DNA of 64,000 nucleotides, from positions 352,001 to 416,000 of the forward strand of contig CAVXWP010000009.1 of NCBI GenBank assembly GCA_963765495.1. The letters are read 5' to 3'. The stretch is from Blastocatellia bacterium. Its GTDB lineage: Bacteria > Acidobacteriota > Blastocatellia > UBA7656. Numbering within the stretch: position 1 is the stretch's first letter; each line of letters begins with the position of its first letter. Of the stretch, positions 42,771 through 53,554 are shown in pieces. The notes under the pieces are model-generated. The model worked only from the letters and a program-made list of their open reading frames with translations, did no database searches and was not told where the DNA came from. A program made the position numbers and the translations under genes.

Positions 42771-44435
42771 TCAAGCCATCTCCAGCCCGCCTGTGATGCC
42801 GGGAAGGCCGAGCCCGTTGAGTCGCTCGCGGATCATATCTTGAATCTGCCGGGCCACATCGGAAAACGCATCGAGGGGCTTGCCATGAGGATCATCTATG
42901 TCGCGATCGGGGTGTAGGCGGAAGGTCTTCGATTTTGCTTCTGGAAACATAGATGTAATCTCTTTCAGTTGCCCCTCGGTCATACAGAAGATGACCTCGG
43001 CCCTCTGAACTAACCCTTGAGTCAGATTGCAGGACCGATGTTCTAGGGTCGGCATGCCAATCGCCCCTAACGCCTGTTCGGCTTCCTCGGTGATAGTTTC
43101 CCCGGGCCGAGCAGTCAAGCCCGCGCTCACTGCCTTTATGCCCAGCCTGTCCAGTGATTCCAGAGGGACGCCGAACCGGCTGGCGATCTCGGCGTTGCAG
43201 ATCGCCTGGGCCATAGGAGATCGGATAGTATTTCCCTGACATACAAAAACAAACAGACGCTGCAATGTATCGGAAAGGTTTGGGCGGACCGGATGGCACA
43301 TAGCAGCGCCGATCATCATCCACACTTCTGCTGATACTTCGAGCCCGCAAGATTCAACCAGACGCGAGTCCAGATGAACGCGGAATTCAGCGCCGCAGCC
43401 TACCCGTGCTTCAACCATCGCGCCAATACGCTCGAACTTCTTTATCCTCCCACGGATCACGTTACACTCACTTAGGATCGAAGGCTGTGAGGCGGCGACG
43501 AGGATTTCGCCCGCGCGGAATCCAATACGCACCTCCGAGCCTATGGCTGCCTGAGCCAAACGAGTCTCGACAAGGATGGAGGTTCCGATTATCCGGCAAA
43601 CCATTGTGCCTTCGAGCTCTCGCAGTTCGACCACGGTAGCATCAAAGAGGTTTTCGTACAGGATCGGCTGTGCCGGAACCGCTCGACCGGCAGCAGATAC
43701 CACGTCCGGCGGCAGCCCTTCATTTAGGATCCGTCCCTGTTCGAGGGCGATTGCGCGATCCCCCAGGGCAAGCACTTCACCATGATCATGAGTGACATAA
43801 AGGATTGGAATCCGGTGTGTTTCGTTCCATCTTCGCAGGTCCTCGATGATACGGATCTTTGTACGCGGGTCCAGTGAAGACAACGGTTCGTCAAGCAGCA
43901 ATACGGAGGGTTCGGTGACAAGCGAACGCGCCAGTGCGACCCGTTGTTGTTCCCCTCCCGAAATCTCTCGCGGCAACCGGCTACAGAGATGCTCTATCTG
44001 AAAAGATTCCAGGATGTCGCGCATCCGTCGATTTCGCTCGGCCTTGTCCAGGCGGCGGAGCCCGTACATGACGTTATCCTGGACAGAGAGGTGTGGAAAG
44101 AGCGCAAGGTCCTGAAATACAAAGGCGACCCGGCGACGCGACGGCTCAAGCCTGATTCGTTGCTTCGAATCGAAAAGCACCCTGTCTCCGATTGCAATGC
44201 GGCCCTCCTCGGGATGGCATAGACCCGCGATGCAGCGCAGAATGGTCGTCTTGCCCGCGCCGGAATGGCCGACAATCACCGTCACACCGGGCAATACGGC
44301 GAACTCGGCCTCAAGCTGGAAACGGGAAGAGTGACGCGTACGCAATTGAACCTCCAGCGCGCCCGCATCGGAGAGGACAGTTTGCGTGGGTGGTTCCCAG
44401 TTGCGAGCTTCCAACTGCCGTTTTAGTGAACTCAT
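42771..44435 (-). CDS. modC: Molybdate/tungstate ABC ATPase (ModC-like) fused to a low-molecular-weight phosphatase-like domain
   Basis: Walker A GHSGAGKT, ISGGEQQR, LLLDEP, TOBE-like region, then FVCQGNTIRSPMAQ..DIDDP. The start overlaps the permease stop (ATGA). Confidence 0.85.
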   Translation of the reverse strand: MSSLKRQLEARNWEPPTQTVLSDAGALEVQLRTRHSSRFQLEAEFAVLPGVTVIVGHSGAGKTTILRCIAGLCHPEEGRIAIGDRVLFDSKQRIRLEPSRRRVAFVFQDLALFPHLSVQDNVMYGLRRLDKAERNRRMRDILESFQIEHLCSRLPREISGGEQQRVALARSLVTEPSVLLLDEPLSSLDPRTKIRIIEDLRRWNETHRIPILYVTHDHGEVLALGDRAIALEQGRILNEGLPPDVVSAAGRAVPAQPILYENLFDATVVELRELEGTMVCRIIGTSILVETRLAQAAIGSEVRIGFRAGEILVAASQPSILSECNVIRGRIKKFERIGAMVEARVGCGAEFRVHLDSRLVESCGLEVSAEVWMMIGAAMCHPVRPNLSDTLQRLFVFVCQGNTIRSPMAQAICNAEIASRFGVPLESLDRLGIKAVSAGLTARPGETITEEAEQALGAIGMPTLEHRSCNLTQGLVQRAEVIFCMTEGQLKEITSMFPEAKSKTFRLHPDRDIDDPHGKPLDAFSDVARQIQDMIRERLNGLGLPGITGGLEMA

Positions 44436-45259
44436 GTCAGCCTCCCCTGTGTGTCTCCGAGCACAGCTACCCCGTTCTGGTACCCGGTAAGGCGACCGAG
44501 CAGCATGGAGAGCGCCACTGCGATTGCTGCCAGAAATACCAGGAGAAAGGCCACGGGCAAGGCTCCTGTCAGGCCGTTTGATTCGAACTTCACCCACATA
44601 TAGACCGGCAAAGTATGTGGGTTGTAGGCAACGATCAGTGTTGCGCCAAATTCACCGAGCGCTCGAATCCACGCAAGCGTGATGCCTGCCGCTATGCCGG
44701 GCCAGGCAAGGGGCAATGAGATCCGCCAAAAGATATACCATTGCGAATCACCCAGCGTAGCCGCTGCCATCTCAAGTTTTGGATCGACGCTTGCGAATGC
44801 CGCTAACGCAGATACGATGACGAAGGGAGCGGACACAAAAAGTTGAGCCAGAACGATCCCCGCCAGATTGCCTGTGAGAGCGATGTTCCAGCCGTCGAGA
44901 GGATGACCTATGGTTCCGTAAGGCCCGAAGGTTTGCAACAGCAGGATTCCTCCCGCGAGATCAGGAACGACCATCGGCAGGAAAACGAGACTGATCCAGA
45001 CCTGCTTGAAAGGGAGCCGCGCTCGCGCCAGCACGTATCCGAGCGGAACGCCCAGCAGAGTCATTATCACTACTGCCATCGTGGATGTCAGAGCGGAAAC
45101 CGACAGGGCTTCACCTGCGCTGGGCTCCCGCAAGGACGCCGTCCAGCCGGGCCAGTCGGCTTGAACAAAGAGGTTGATGATGGGCAGCACGAGGTTGAGC
45201 AAGAGCAGGCCGCCCAGCACGCCAAAAAGTATAAATGTCGGCTTGAAGCGCCCCGTCAT
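44432..45259 (-). CDS. modB: Molybdate/tungstate ABC permease
   Basis: LGVPLGYVLAR, EMAAATLG (EAA loop), RALGEFGAT motifs. Confidence 0.88.
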   Translation of the reverse strand: MTGRFKPTFILFGVLGGLLLLNLVLPIINLFVQADWPGWTASLREPSAGEALSVSALTSTMAVVIMTLLGVPLGYVLARARLPFKQVWISLVFLPMVVPDLAGGILLLQTFGPYGTIGHPLDGWNIALTGNLAGIVLAQLFVSAPFVIVSALAAFASVDPKLEMAAATLGDSQWYIFWRISLPLAWPGIAAGITLAWIRALGEFGATLIVAYNPHTLPVYMWVKFESNGLTGALPVAFLLVFLAAIAVALSMLLGRLTGYQNGVAVLGDTQGRLT

Positions 45260-46245
45260 GGCTTATATGCCCCCGAGCAAAGGCTACGGAGACCTGTCGG
45301 AATCTGCTCCCTGTCTCCGCCCACAAGGTGGTCCACGGGTCCCAGCCCGAACTCCTCAAGCAGATTGCTTGAAGAGAGAAAGAATCGAACAAACTCTTCG
45401 GCGGCAGCTTGATTCTGCACCGTCTTTGGAATCGTTATAGTGAAGATTATAGGGGCCCCGCTGACGCGCTCACCCGATGGGATCGTATAGGTGGCCTGCC
45501 CGTAGAGATCGGCAAACCTCGGGTCGCCCAGATTGATTTCGGGTGGAAAGCTGACGAAGGGCAATTTATGAGCGACTATCTCGTGTTTGTAAAAAACCCC
45601 GGCGTCAAATTGCCCGGTGTCTACGCGGGCTAACAAGACGATCTCCGGCAGCACCTGCGCGGGATTGAGCGGATCACCAAGCAGACCGGGAATCTCCGGT
45701 CGATTGTAATGTTTGCCGGCCAGATCAAAAAGGAGGAGCGTTCTGTACCCCTTCGGGTCGATAGTCGGATCGCCCCTGCCAAAGCGCACACCGGGCGTCT
45801 CTAAAACCTCATACCACGGAATACTGCCCGCCGAGGCCGCCCGGAATTTTGCCGCAAAAGGGCTTTTCGGGTTGTAGGCGAGCACGAGTTGCGAAGAGGC
45901 CAGAGTCACGAACCACGTAACAAGGTTCCCGTTCCCGCTTCCCATCAGCACGGTCTCGTTGACGGATGGATCGGCGCTGATGAAGACATCAGGGCTCCTG
46001 AGCCGATCATGGATCATACGCGCTGCGCCAAGCGACCCCTGCGCCTCGCCTCTGTATTCGTATCCGGTTGCTTTGGAGAATGCGGGGCCCAGACCGTTCT
46101 CCATAACCGTAGCCAGAGAACCCGCATACAGGACTGAAACCATGCGTTTCTGAGAATTTTTAGTGCAGGATGAAAGAAAAATCGGGGCAAAAAGAGAGAC
46201 AAACAGAATCTGGCCAAGGCTCACGGACAAGCAAATACGCTTCAT
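45256..46245 (-). CDS. Molybdate/tungstate-binding lipoprotein (ModA/WtpA-like)
   Basis: Lipobox LSSC; YAGSL, DVFISAD and DPKGYRT motifs resemble WtpA-type binding proteins. Confidence 0.8.
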   Translation of the reverse strand: MKRICLSVSLGQILFVSLFAPIFLSSCTKNSQKRMVSVLYAGSLATVMENGLGPAFSKATGYEYRGEAQGSLGAARMIHDRLRSPDVFISADPSVNETVLMGSGNGNLVTWFVTLASSQLVLAYNPKSPFAAKFRAASAGSIPWYEVLETPGVRFGRGDPTIDPKGYRTLLLFDLAGKHYNRPEIPGLLGDPLNPAQVLPEIVLLARVDTGQFDAGVFYKHEIVAHKLPFVSFPPEINLGDPRFADLYGQATYTIPSGERVSGAPIIFTITIPKTVQNQAAAEEFVRFFLSSSNLLEEFGLGPVDHLVGGDREQIPTGLRSLCSGAYKP

Positions 46246-46441
46246 CGGACCACCTTATCAGGACACCCATCCTGTTATGTCTATACTGCATTTGTCTGGC
46301 TAGACTCGACGCAGCCATCCCTCGTGGCATGGTCGCGACAGAGTGATAAAGGCCCCTATTCGGAAGGTGATTACGGTAACAATTATGCTTGGAATTGTCA
46401 ACGCGAATCTTTGCCAGCCGCCCCTCAATTGTGAGATTCCC

Positions 46442-46558
46442 CAGGGCCATTCAGTTTTTGACTTGCGAGATGTATGCGACAAAATTTTTGCAGGTTAATT
46501 CGAACGAAAGGCGAGTGGGAATAGGTCACCCTACATTTTGGAAGATCTAATGATCCTG
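46442..46558. mobile_element. MITE-like element, inverted relative to the 36073 copy
   Basis: TGTATGCGACAAAATTTTTGCAGGTTAATTCGAACGAAAGGCGAGTGGGAATAGG is the reverse complement of 36131-36185; starts CAGGGCCATTCAGTTTT. Confidence 0.7.
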
Positions 46559-46658
46559 CGCCTGATCTGATGGTTTACCCGATGAAAAAGCTTTCCTGTC
46601 GCAAGCGACGCGCTTCTGTTATCATGTCGGTTTGACTTGAGAGCAATCAGGAGGACAT

Positions 46659-48476
46659 GTGGAAGCACGGGAAGATATTCGCAACATAGCGATCATAGCG
46701 CACGTCGATCATGGCAAGACTACGCTGGTCGATTCGATGCTCAGACAATCGGGGCTGTTTCGGGCCAACGAAACGGTCGTCGAGCGCGTGATGGATTCGA
46801 TGGACCTCGAACGCGAGCGGGGCATCACCATTATGGCTAAAAACACGTCGGTCCATTATCACGGCGTGAAGATAAACATCGTAGACACGCCGGGCCACTC
46901 GGATTTCGGAGGCGAAGTCGAGCGCGTCCTCAAGATGGTTGACGGCGTGATGCTGCTCGTAGACGCAAGCGAAGGCCCGCTTCCGCAAACCCGCTACGTT
47001 CTGTCGAAGGCGCTCGCGCAAAAGCTGCCCGCGATAGTCGTCATAAACAAGATTGACCGGCAGGATGCGCGCGCCGAAGAGGTCGTGAGCGAAGTCTTCG
47101 ACCTCTTTATCGACCTCGACGCCACCGAAGAGCAGGCCGATTTCCCGGTGATCTACACAGTCGCCCGCGACGGCATTGCCAAACTCGAACTCGAAGACAC
47201 AAGCGACAATCTGCGCCCGCTTTTCGATCAAATACTCAAAACCATACCGCCTCCCGTTGCCGCGCCCGATTCCGTCTTGCAGATGCTTGTTGCAAACCTA
47301 GATTACAACGACTATGTAGGCCGTCTCGCCATAGGCCGCATCTTTTCCGGGTCGGTTGCCGTAGGCGATCAGATAGCCATCTGCAAGCTCGACGGCAAAC
47401 TGGAAAAGACCAAGGTTTCAAAACTTTTTGCCTTTGAAGGATTGAAACAGGCCCCGATAGAACGCGCCGAAGCGGGCGAGATCGTGGCGCTCGCAGGCAT
47501 CGAGGATATCTATATCGGCGAGACCGTTTCATCGGCAGACGACCCTCGTCCGCTCCCAAAAATCACCGTGGACGAGCCGACCATCTCGATGCTCTTCAGC
47601 GTGAGCACCTCGCCGTTTGCCGGACGCGAAGGCAAGTACGTCACATCCAGAAAAATCCGCGAACGGCTCGATAAGGAAGCGCTCGCAAACGTCGCTATCC
47701 GCATAGACGCAACCGAGACTATGGACAGTTTTAAGGTATCGGGGCGCGGCGAGCTTCAGCTTGCCATCATCATCGAGATGATGCGGCGCGAAGGCTACGA
47801 GCTTCAGGTCTCAAAACCCGAAGTCATAACCAGAAACGAAGGCGAGGGCCGCCTTGAGCCTATCGAGCTTGCGGTCATTGATTGCCCCGAGACATTCATA
47901 GGCATAGTGACCGAAGCGCTTGGCCGCCGCAAAGGCCGTATGACGAAGATGGTCAATCACGGAACTGGCCGAGTGCGTCTTGAATTCGAAGTCCCCTCGC
48001 GCGGGCTGATCGGCTTTCGCAGCGAATTCCTCACCGACACAAAGGGGACGGGCCTTATCAACACTATTTTTCTGCGATGGGATGCGTGGCAGGGCACTAT
48101 CTCGCAACGAATAACCGGCGCGCTTGTGGCCGACCGCTCGGGTCAGGCGACTACATACGCGCTTTATAACCTGCAAGAGCGCGGAGAGCTTTTCGTCCGT
48201 CCCAATACGGAAGTGTATGAAGGGATGATCATAGGCGAGAACTCGCGCGACGCCGATCTTGACGTAAACGTAGTAAAGGAAAAGAAGCTGACCAACATGC
48301 GTGCCTCGACCGCCGACGAAGCCATGCGGCTTGTGCCTTTCCGCGAGCTATCGCTTGAGCAGGCCCTCGAATTTATCCGCGAAGACGAACTCGTCGAGGT
48401 CACTCCCGCCTCTATCCGCATGCGAAAGAAAGTCCTTGCGGCAAACCAGAGACCACGAAGAAGGGATGAGGGATGA
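46659..48476 (+). CDS. typA: Translational GTPase TypA/BipA
   Basis: [39 protein letters not shown] motifs. Confidence 0.98.
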   Translation: MEAREDIRNIAIIAHVDHGKTTLVDSMLRQSGLFRANETVVERVMDSMDLERERGITIMAKNTSVHYHGVKINIVDTPGHSDFGGEVERVLKMVDGVMLLVDASEGPLPQTRYVLSKALAQKLPAIVVINKIDRQDARAEEVVSEVFDLFIDLDATEEQADFPVIYTVARDGIAKLELEDTSDNLRPLFDQILKTIPPPVAAPDSVLQMLVANLDYNDYVGRLAIGRIFSGSVAVGDQIAICKLDGKLEKTKVSKLFAFEGLKQAPIERAEAGEIVALAGIEDIYIGETVSSADDPRPLPKITVDEPTISMLFSVSTSPFAGREGKYVTSRKIRERLDKEALANVAIRIDATETMDSFKVSGRGELQLAIIIEMMRREGYELQVSKPEVITRNEGEGRLEPIELAVIDCPETFIGIVTEALGRRKGRMTKMVNHGTGRVRLEFEVPSRGLIGFRSEFLTDTKGTGLINTIFLRWDAWQGTISQRITGALVADRSGQATTYALYNLQERGELFVRPNTEVYEGMIIGENSRDADLDVNVVKEKKLTNMRASTADEAMRLVPFRELSLEQALEFIREDELVEVTPASIRMRKKVLAANQRPRRRDEG

Positions 48477-48584
48477 GGGATGAGGGATGAAAAGGACTGT
48501 CGGGAAACACTCCGGTAATTGGTCAAACCAATTAATCGGAATTTTTCCTTAGACTCTTTTTCATCCCTGATCCCTCATCCCTCA
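48462..48584. repeat. Inverted-heptamer hairpin (GGGATGA/TCATCCC), copy 1
   Basis: Supplies the typA stop codon and overlaps the helicase 3' end. Confidence 0.9.
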
Positions 48585-51500
48585 GTTGTATTCCTCTGGC
48601 GACGGCGCGCAGTTTGCCCTGCGCCACCAGAGCCTGAATTGCCGAGCTTATCTGCCCGGATAATTTTCTCCCCGTTCGATCAAAGCCCATTGCGCGGGCG
48701 ACCTCCGTCACCAGTTCATCAAGCATTCTGGCTCCGCCTGACTTGAGCACATAAATGATGGCCGCCTCAAACTCGGAGGGGCAGATGTATTCGGCATCAA
48801 AGACATAATCCCGAATCGCGCGCGCGCGAATGACTGCCTCTTTCTGGCCGGCCTTCCATAAGAAATCTCCCTGCAAGCGGAGCTTGCCGCTTCTATTCAG
48901 TTCACCCGCTATTTTGTAAATACGTTCTCGAATCCGATTCCCTGCGCGATTCATCTGCCAGTGAACGGCTACGCGGCGAGTCGCTTCGATAATGTGAACC
49001 GGCGATTCGCATTCGACTACGCGCAGGAGCGTTTCGGCAATCCGCGAGTCAGGTTCGGAGTAAAAACTTTCCGCCTCGCCAAGAATACGAATTGGCGTAA
49101 GGTTGTAAGACTCAATTTCCGGGAGAAACCCTTGCGGCGCTGTTTTACCATCGGGTGTGAAAGATGTCGGCTCAACAACGGGGTCGTTTGGATCGGGGTC
49201 GAATTCTTCAATTTCAATCGAGCGAGCGTCCGGCTTCTGCTCGGGTGCGGTCTGCGATAGCTCTTCTTGTCCGGCTTCTCTGCGAGACTGCTCGACCAGA
49301 TTCAGGATGCGAGTGATTTGCGCCTCGCGGCTCTGATACCAGTCTGTAGACCAGATGCGGTGAATTTTCCACCCGAGATTTTCCAGCACCGACTGGCGCA
49401 GACGGTCCCGGTCGCGCGCGGTGGCCGCGCTGTGATAAGCCGCCCCGTCGCATTCGATACCGGCTATAAAGCGTCCCGGCATCTCCTCGTCCTGCACGCC
49501 GAAATCTATGCGATAACCCGATTGCCCGATCTGAGGTGCCAGCCGCAATCCTTGGCGAGTAAGTTCTTCATAAACCGATTGCTCGAAGGGCGATTCCATC
49601 TCCGCTTCCGCGCGAAGGGTGGGCGCGCTCAAGATGCCGCGCTCGGCGAAGAACAGGTATTCTCTAAGCAACTGCGCGCCCTCGCTCTGCGCCCTCGCAG
49701 GGTCTATGTCCTCGCCCCGTAGCGAGGAGAAGATTCTGAGCGAGAGCTTTGCCCTGGTGATGATGACGTTCAGCCTGCGCCACCCGTTGGGACCATTTAA
49801 GGGGCCGAAGTTATAACGTACGCGCCCTTCGCTATCCGGCCCGTAGGTCACGCTGATAAAGATCACATCCCGATCATCTCCCTGTATGTTCTCAAGGTTT
49901 TTTACAAAGAACTGGCCTTCGCCCCTGCGCGCAAAGAAGAATTCGAGCGCGGGGTCCTCGCGGCGGCGTTTGTCTAATTCATCAAGGATCAATGTCTGCT
50001 GTCTGATGTTGAACGTGCCCACTCCCAGAGTCAGTTCAGGGCAATTGCGTATGTGTTCGCACACGGCGTCTGCCACGGCGCTCGCTTCAACGGAGTTGAT
50101 TCCCTTCCCCTCATATACGCCCCCCACCCAGTGGAATTGCAGGCCGACGCGGTCTGCGTCAATGCCCGGACCGGGAAAGGTTATCAACTCTGCGTCATAG
50201 AACTTGCGATTTGAAAACGTGATGAGCGATTCGTGGCGACTGCGATAATGCCATCTCAGCCGCAATCGGGCAAAGCCCAGACTCGCCATTTCGTCCAGTA
50301 TGCTTTCGACGCTATCGGTGATTGCAGGCGCTTCTCCCTGAGACGGATCAATATCATCTTCGGCTATGATCTGGGCTGAGAAAAAGCTCGTGGGTGGAAG
50401 CTGTTTGCTGTCGCCTACGACAACCACCTGGCGTCCGCGAATGATTGCCCCCAGAGCGTCTTCGGGCGGAATCTGGCTCGCTTCGTCAAAGATCACAAGA
50501 TCAAAGATGTGCAGGGAGGGATCGAGAAACTGCGCGACCGACAGAGGGCTCATCATAAAACACGGTTTGATGGTCCTGACTGCCTCCGGCGCTCGCAGGA
50601 GCAATTTCCGCAAGGGCAGATGGCGGGTCTTCTTTCGCGACTCGCGCTGCACAAGGACCAACTCGGGCGATAGCCGGCCGTCGCCTATCAACTCATCTTT
50701 CTTGCGCGACAATTGATGCAACACGCGGCGGCGGGCCAGATCGAGCGCGCGAAGGTCGAGGCGCTTAAACTCTTCGATCTTCTTTTCATGACTGAGCGCG
50801 CGGAATTTTTCTAACCGAGGGCGTTCGGAGCAGACAAGGTCGAGCCAGCGCCTGTAAAACAGTCTGCGAAATGCAGGCTCCATCTCATCGGGCTCGATGG
50901 CCTGTTCATAAAACCTTTTGAGAAATGCGGCCCCCACACCCGCTTCGCATCGTTTCAAACTCGCCTGATAGAGCGACCACTGGCGCAAACCCGGGATTGC
51001 TTCCTTTAACTCCGCGAGCCTTTCGGCCAGGGGTATCAGCCCGGCTTCCGCCTCTGTTGAAACATTGCCTGTCGGGTTGAAAACGCCAAGTTTTGCGACT
51101 CGCTCCACATCCGCGCGGGCCGCGCTCAGGTGTGCGCGTATCTCGTCCACGCGGATTTGAACATCATCTGGATTCAATTGCCCGCCTGCGGCGAGCCTTA
51201 CACCTTCGCTTTCGAGAAAACCGTCGGCTAAGAATCGCCGCACCTTGACGATCCAATCAGAGAAGCTTTCAAGATCGCGCCAGTCGCTTTCCGATCCAAG
51301 CCATCTGTCGCCGAATAACTCGCGGCCCGCACGATCGCGCTCTCGCAGGAACAGAACTTCGGCCCGGCACTGCAACGCTACATCGAGGTCTTTGAGCAAC
51401 TGTTCATTGCTCGACGGGCTGTAATCTTCGCGGAAGTAAAATCGCAGGGCCTTGCGGTCACGCCAGAAAGCGGGATTGAAGAAGCGACCCCAGGTCCGGC

Positions 51501-53418
51501 AATACTCGGCGTAGCGGGAAAGTAACTGGCTGAAATCCATCTGGAGCAATTCGGTGAGGTCGCTGAATCCCGTCTCTAAAAGCTCCGTCTTGAAATTTCT
51601 CAGTACGGCAGCGCGCTTGTCTTCAAACAACCGGCCGTGTTCGAGAATCTCTCCGGCTTCACGAGAGAGACTGGTCCAGTAGTGGCCTGAAACTATGGCT
51701 TCGGTCGTCTGAGGCGAGCGGGCAATCAGAACCGCCACTTCGCAAAGCGACTCGACCTGTCCGAAAGTTGATGGCCGTGTGGTACCGATCTCGCTTGCGT
51801 AAGCTTTACTTACTTCGATCAGTTTCCAAAGAGAGCCTGCGGCTCGATCAATCGCCTCGCTCATCAGATCGCGTTCCGCGCCGCTAAGGCTCTGGAGTTC
51901 GCTCCCGCGCCAGGCGTGACGCGAAGGATCACCGATCTCTTCGAGCAACGATGCGTGCTCTAAAAAATCCCTGCACGTCTGGTCGAAGGTCGTCTTGTCG
52001 CAATTTCCGATTTCATCTATCCAGGCATTGACGACCGGGGCCGCTTCGAGTTGCGCGATCTTGCCGAAGATAAGAAAAGGCGACGCGGCAAACTTGCCAA
52101 ACGGCTCGTGCAGATCGCGCACATATCCGTTCAGGTCGCGCCGCACTTCGGCGAGGCGGTCAAGTCCGGCGTCGTCGTTGTGATCGCGCCGGGGAGGATT
52201 GTTCAAGACCCTCGCAAGCTCTTCGATCACGGCTCGCTTGTTCGTTTTGTTGCTGTGGAGGTTGAGGCAAAAATCGTGCAGACCGAGACTTTCGAGCCGG
52301 TTGTAGACGACTTCGAGTGCGGCCATCTTTTCGCTGACAAACAACACACGCTTGCCGTCGGCCAGCGCATCGGCGATCAGGTTTGCAATAGTCTGAGACT
52401 TGCCCGTGCCCGGCGGTCCTTCCAGCACAAGGTCGCGGCCCGATTTGACGGCCAGTATCGCGCGCTGCTGGCTTGAATCCGCGTCGAGCACCTGAAAGGT
52501 AGTTTCAGGCGGCAGGGCTTCATCCAGATCGGCGCGAAGCACCTCTTCGGGCAACTGGCCGAGCCGCTCGTTACGGCCCGCGCACAGCGCCTGAATCACG
52601 GCGTGATCGGCGTAATGCGCCTCGTTGATTTCCAGGTCTTTGTACATCACGAATTTTTGGAATGTGAACAATCCCAGATGGATGTCATTGGTCACACGCC
52701 AGTTCTTTTGCGAGGCGATGGATTGCTGGACGGAGGCAAAAAATTGTCCGGGATCGAAATCTTCGAATGTGTCTGGCAGTTGCGGCAATGCGATACGAAA
52801 ATCGAGCCGCAGCCTTTCGGCAATCGCCGGATTCAGGATCGGGTCATCCTGCGTGGCCTTCACAGAAAAACCGCTTCTTGCGGTCTGGCGCGACAGATGA
52901 ACCGGGAGCAGGATGAGCGGCGCTTTCAGAGGCGCAGTCGCATCGGGAGATTCAAGCCACTCTATCATGCCCAGCGCGAGAAAGAGCGTATTTACGCCCT
53001 GCTCTTCGAGCAGGCTCGTAGAGTTTTGATAAATTCTGAGCAGACTGTAATCGAGTTTCGCTTCCTGAAGCTCGGTCTGCAAAAGGGTATCCGTGTGATG
53101 CGAAGAGAGGCTTTCTCGCTCGACCGGGTGAAACTCGACCGGCTCAGTCAGCACCTGTTCGGATGTTGAAGCACCCGTTTCGGAAGCGCCCGTTTCGGAA
53201 GTTATCCGATTCTTATGGCCCGCCTGCTCTTTGAGCGGGAGAAATCTCATCGAGCGGTTTTCAAGGTGGAGGCTTCTAAAGACCTCCGCAGGCATTTCAT
53301 CAACGATGCGAACGGTCGTGACCCGCGTCGGCTTGAAGCTCAGCAGGCGATTGCGCGAAGACAGGTCTATGAGTTGACGCTTCCACCCTTCCAGGCGAAA
53401 ACGGACTGAATCATCCAT
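48532..53418 (-). CDS. DUF4011/DUF3320-type SF1 helicase with Vsr-like nuclease domain (Hhe-like)
   Basis: WKRQLIDLSSRNRLL, GPPGTGKSQT, FDEASQ, NLENIQGDDRD, RRLNVIITRA, ESPFE..IECDGAAYHS..RDRLRQ..RIWSTDW. Confidence 0.88.
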   Translation of the reverse strand: MDDSVRFRLEGWKRQLIDLSSRNRLLSFKPTRVTTVRIVDEMPAEVFRSLHLENRSMRFLPLKEQAGHKNRITSETGASETGASTSEQVLTEPVEFHPVERESLSSHHTDTLLQTELQEAKLDYSLLRIYQNSTSLLEEQGVNTLFLALGMIEWLESPDATAPLKAPLILLPVHLSRQTARSGFSVKATQDDPILNPAIAERLRLDFRIALPQLPDTFEDFDPGQFFASVQQSIASQKNWRVTNDIHLGLFTFQKFVMYKDLEINEAHYADHAVIQALCAGRNERLGQLPEEVLRADLDEALPPETTFQVLDADSSQQRAILAVKSGRDLVLEGPPGTGKSQTIANLIADALADGKRVLFVSEKMAALEVVYNRLESLGLHDFCLNLHSNKTNKRAVIEELARVLNNPPRRDHNDDAGLDRLAEVRRDLNGYVRDLHEPFGKFAASPFLIFGKIAQLEAAPVVNAWIDEIGNCDKTTFDQTCRDFLEHASLLEEIGDPSRHAWRGSELQSLSGAERDLMSEAIDRAAGSLWKLIEVSKAYASEIGTTRPSTFGQVESLCEVAVLIARSPQTTEAIVSGHYWTSLSREAGEILEHGRLFEDKRAAVLRNFKTELLETGFSDLTELLQMDFSQLLSRYAEYCRTWGRFFNPAFWRDRKALRFYFREDYSPSSNEQLLKDLDVALQCRAEVLFLRERDRAGRELFGDRWLGSESDWRDLESFSDWIVKVRRFLADGFLESEGVRLAAGGQLNPDDVQIRVDEIRAHLSAARADVERVAKLGVFNPTGNVSTEAEAGLIPLAERLAELKEAIPGLRQWSLYQASLKRCEAGVGAAFLKRFYEQAIEPDEMEPAFRRLFYRRWLDLVCSERPRLEKFRALSHEKKIEEFKRLDLRALDLARRRVLHQLSRKKDELIGDGRLSPELVLVQRESRKKTRHLPLRKLLLRAPEAVRTIKPCFMMSPLSVAQFLDPSLHIFDLVIFDEASQIPPEDALGAIIRGRQVVVVGDSKQLPPTSFFSAQIIAEDDIDPSQGEAPAITDSVESILDEMASLGFARLRLRWHYRSRHESLITFSNRKFYDAELITFPGPGIDADRVGLQFHWVGGVYEGKGINSVEASAVADAVCEHIRNCPELTLGVGTFNIRQQTLILDELDKRRREDPALEFFFARRGEGQFFVKNLENIQGDDRDVIFISVTYGPDSEGRVRYNFGPLNGPNGWRRLNVIITRAKLSLRIFSSLRGEDIDPARAQSEGAQLLREYLFFAERGILSAPTLRAEAEMESPFEQSVYEELTRQGLRLAPQIGQSGYRIDFGVQDEEMPGRFIAGIECDGAAYHSAATARDRDRLRQSVLENLGWKIHRIWSTDWYQSREAQITRILNLVEQSRREAGQEELSQTAPEQKPDARSIEIEEFDPDPNDPVVEPTSFTPDGKTAPQGFLPEIESYNLTPIRILGEAESFYSEPDSRIAETLLRVVECESPVHIIEATRRVAVHWQMNRAGNRIRERIYKIAGELNRSGKLRLQGDFLWKAGQKEAVIRARAIRDYVFDAEYICPSEFEAAIIYVLKSGGARMLDELVTEVARAMGFDRTGRKLSGQISSAIQALVAQGKLRAVARGIQLRDEGSGMKKSLRKNSD

Positions 53419-53425
53419 ATTCTAA

Positions 53426-53554
53426 AGGGATGAGGGATGAGGGATGAGGGATGAAAAGGACTCTTAGGGATTACACTGATAACTGGTGTGCCGCTTTTCA
53501 CCGAGTAGTTAGCCTATATTCTTATTCATCCCTCATCTCATCCCTCATCCCTCA
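53426..53554. repeat. Inverted-heptamer hairpin (GGGATGA/TCATCCC), copy 2
   Basis: 53425-53462 is identical over 38 bp to 48461-48498; overlaps the amidase stop codon. Confidence 0.9.

Noticed and set aside
46246-46400. Moco/Tuco riboswitch or ModE box upstream of the mod operon
   Set aside because: I could not match the conserved elements by eye; an Rfam covariance search would be needed.
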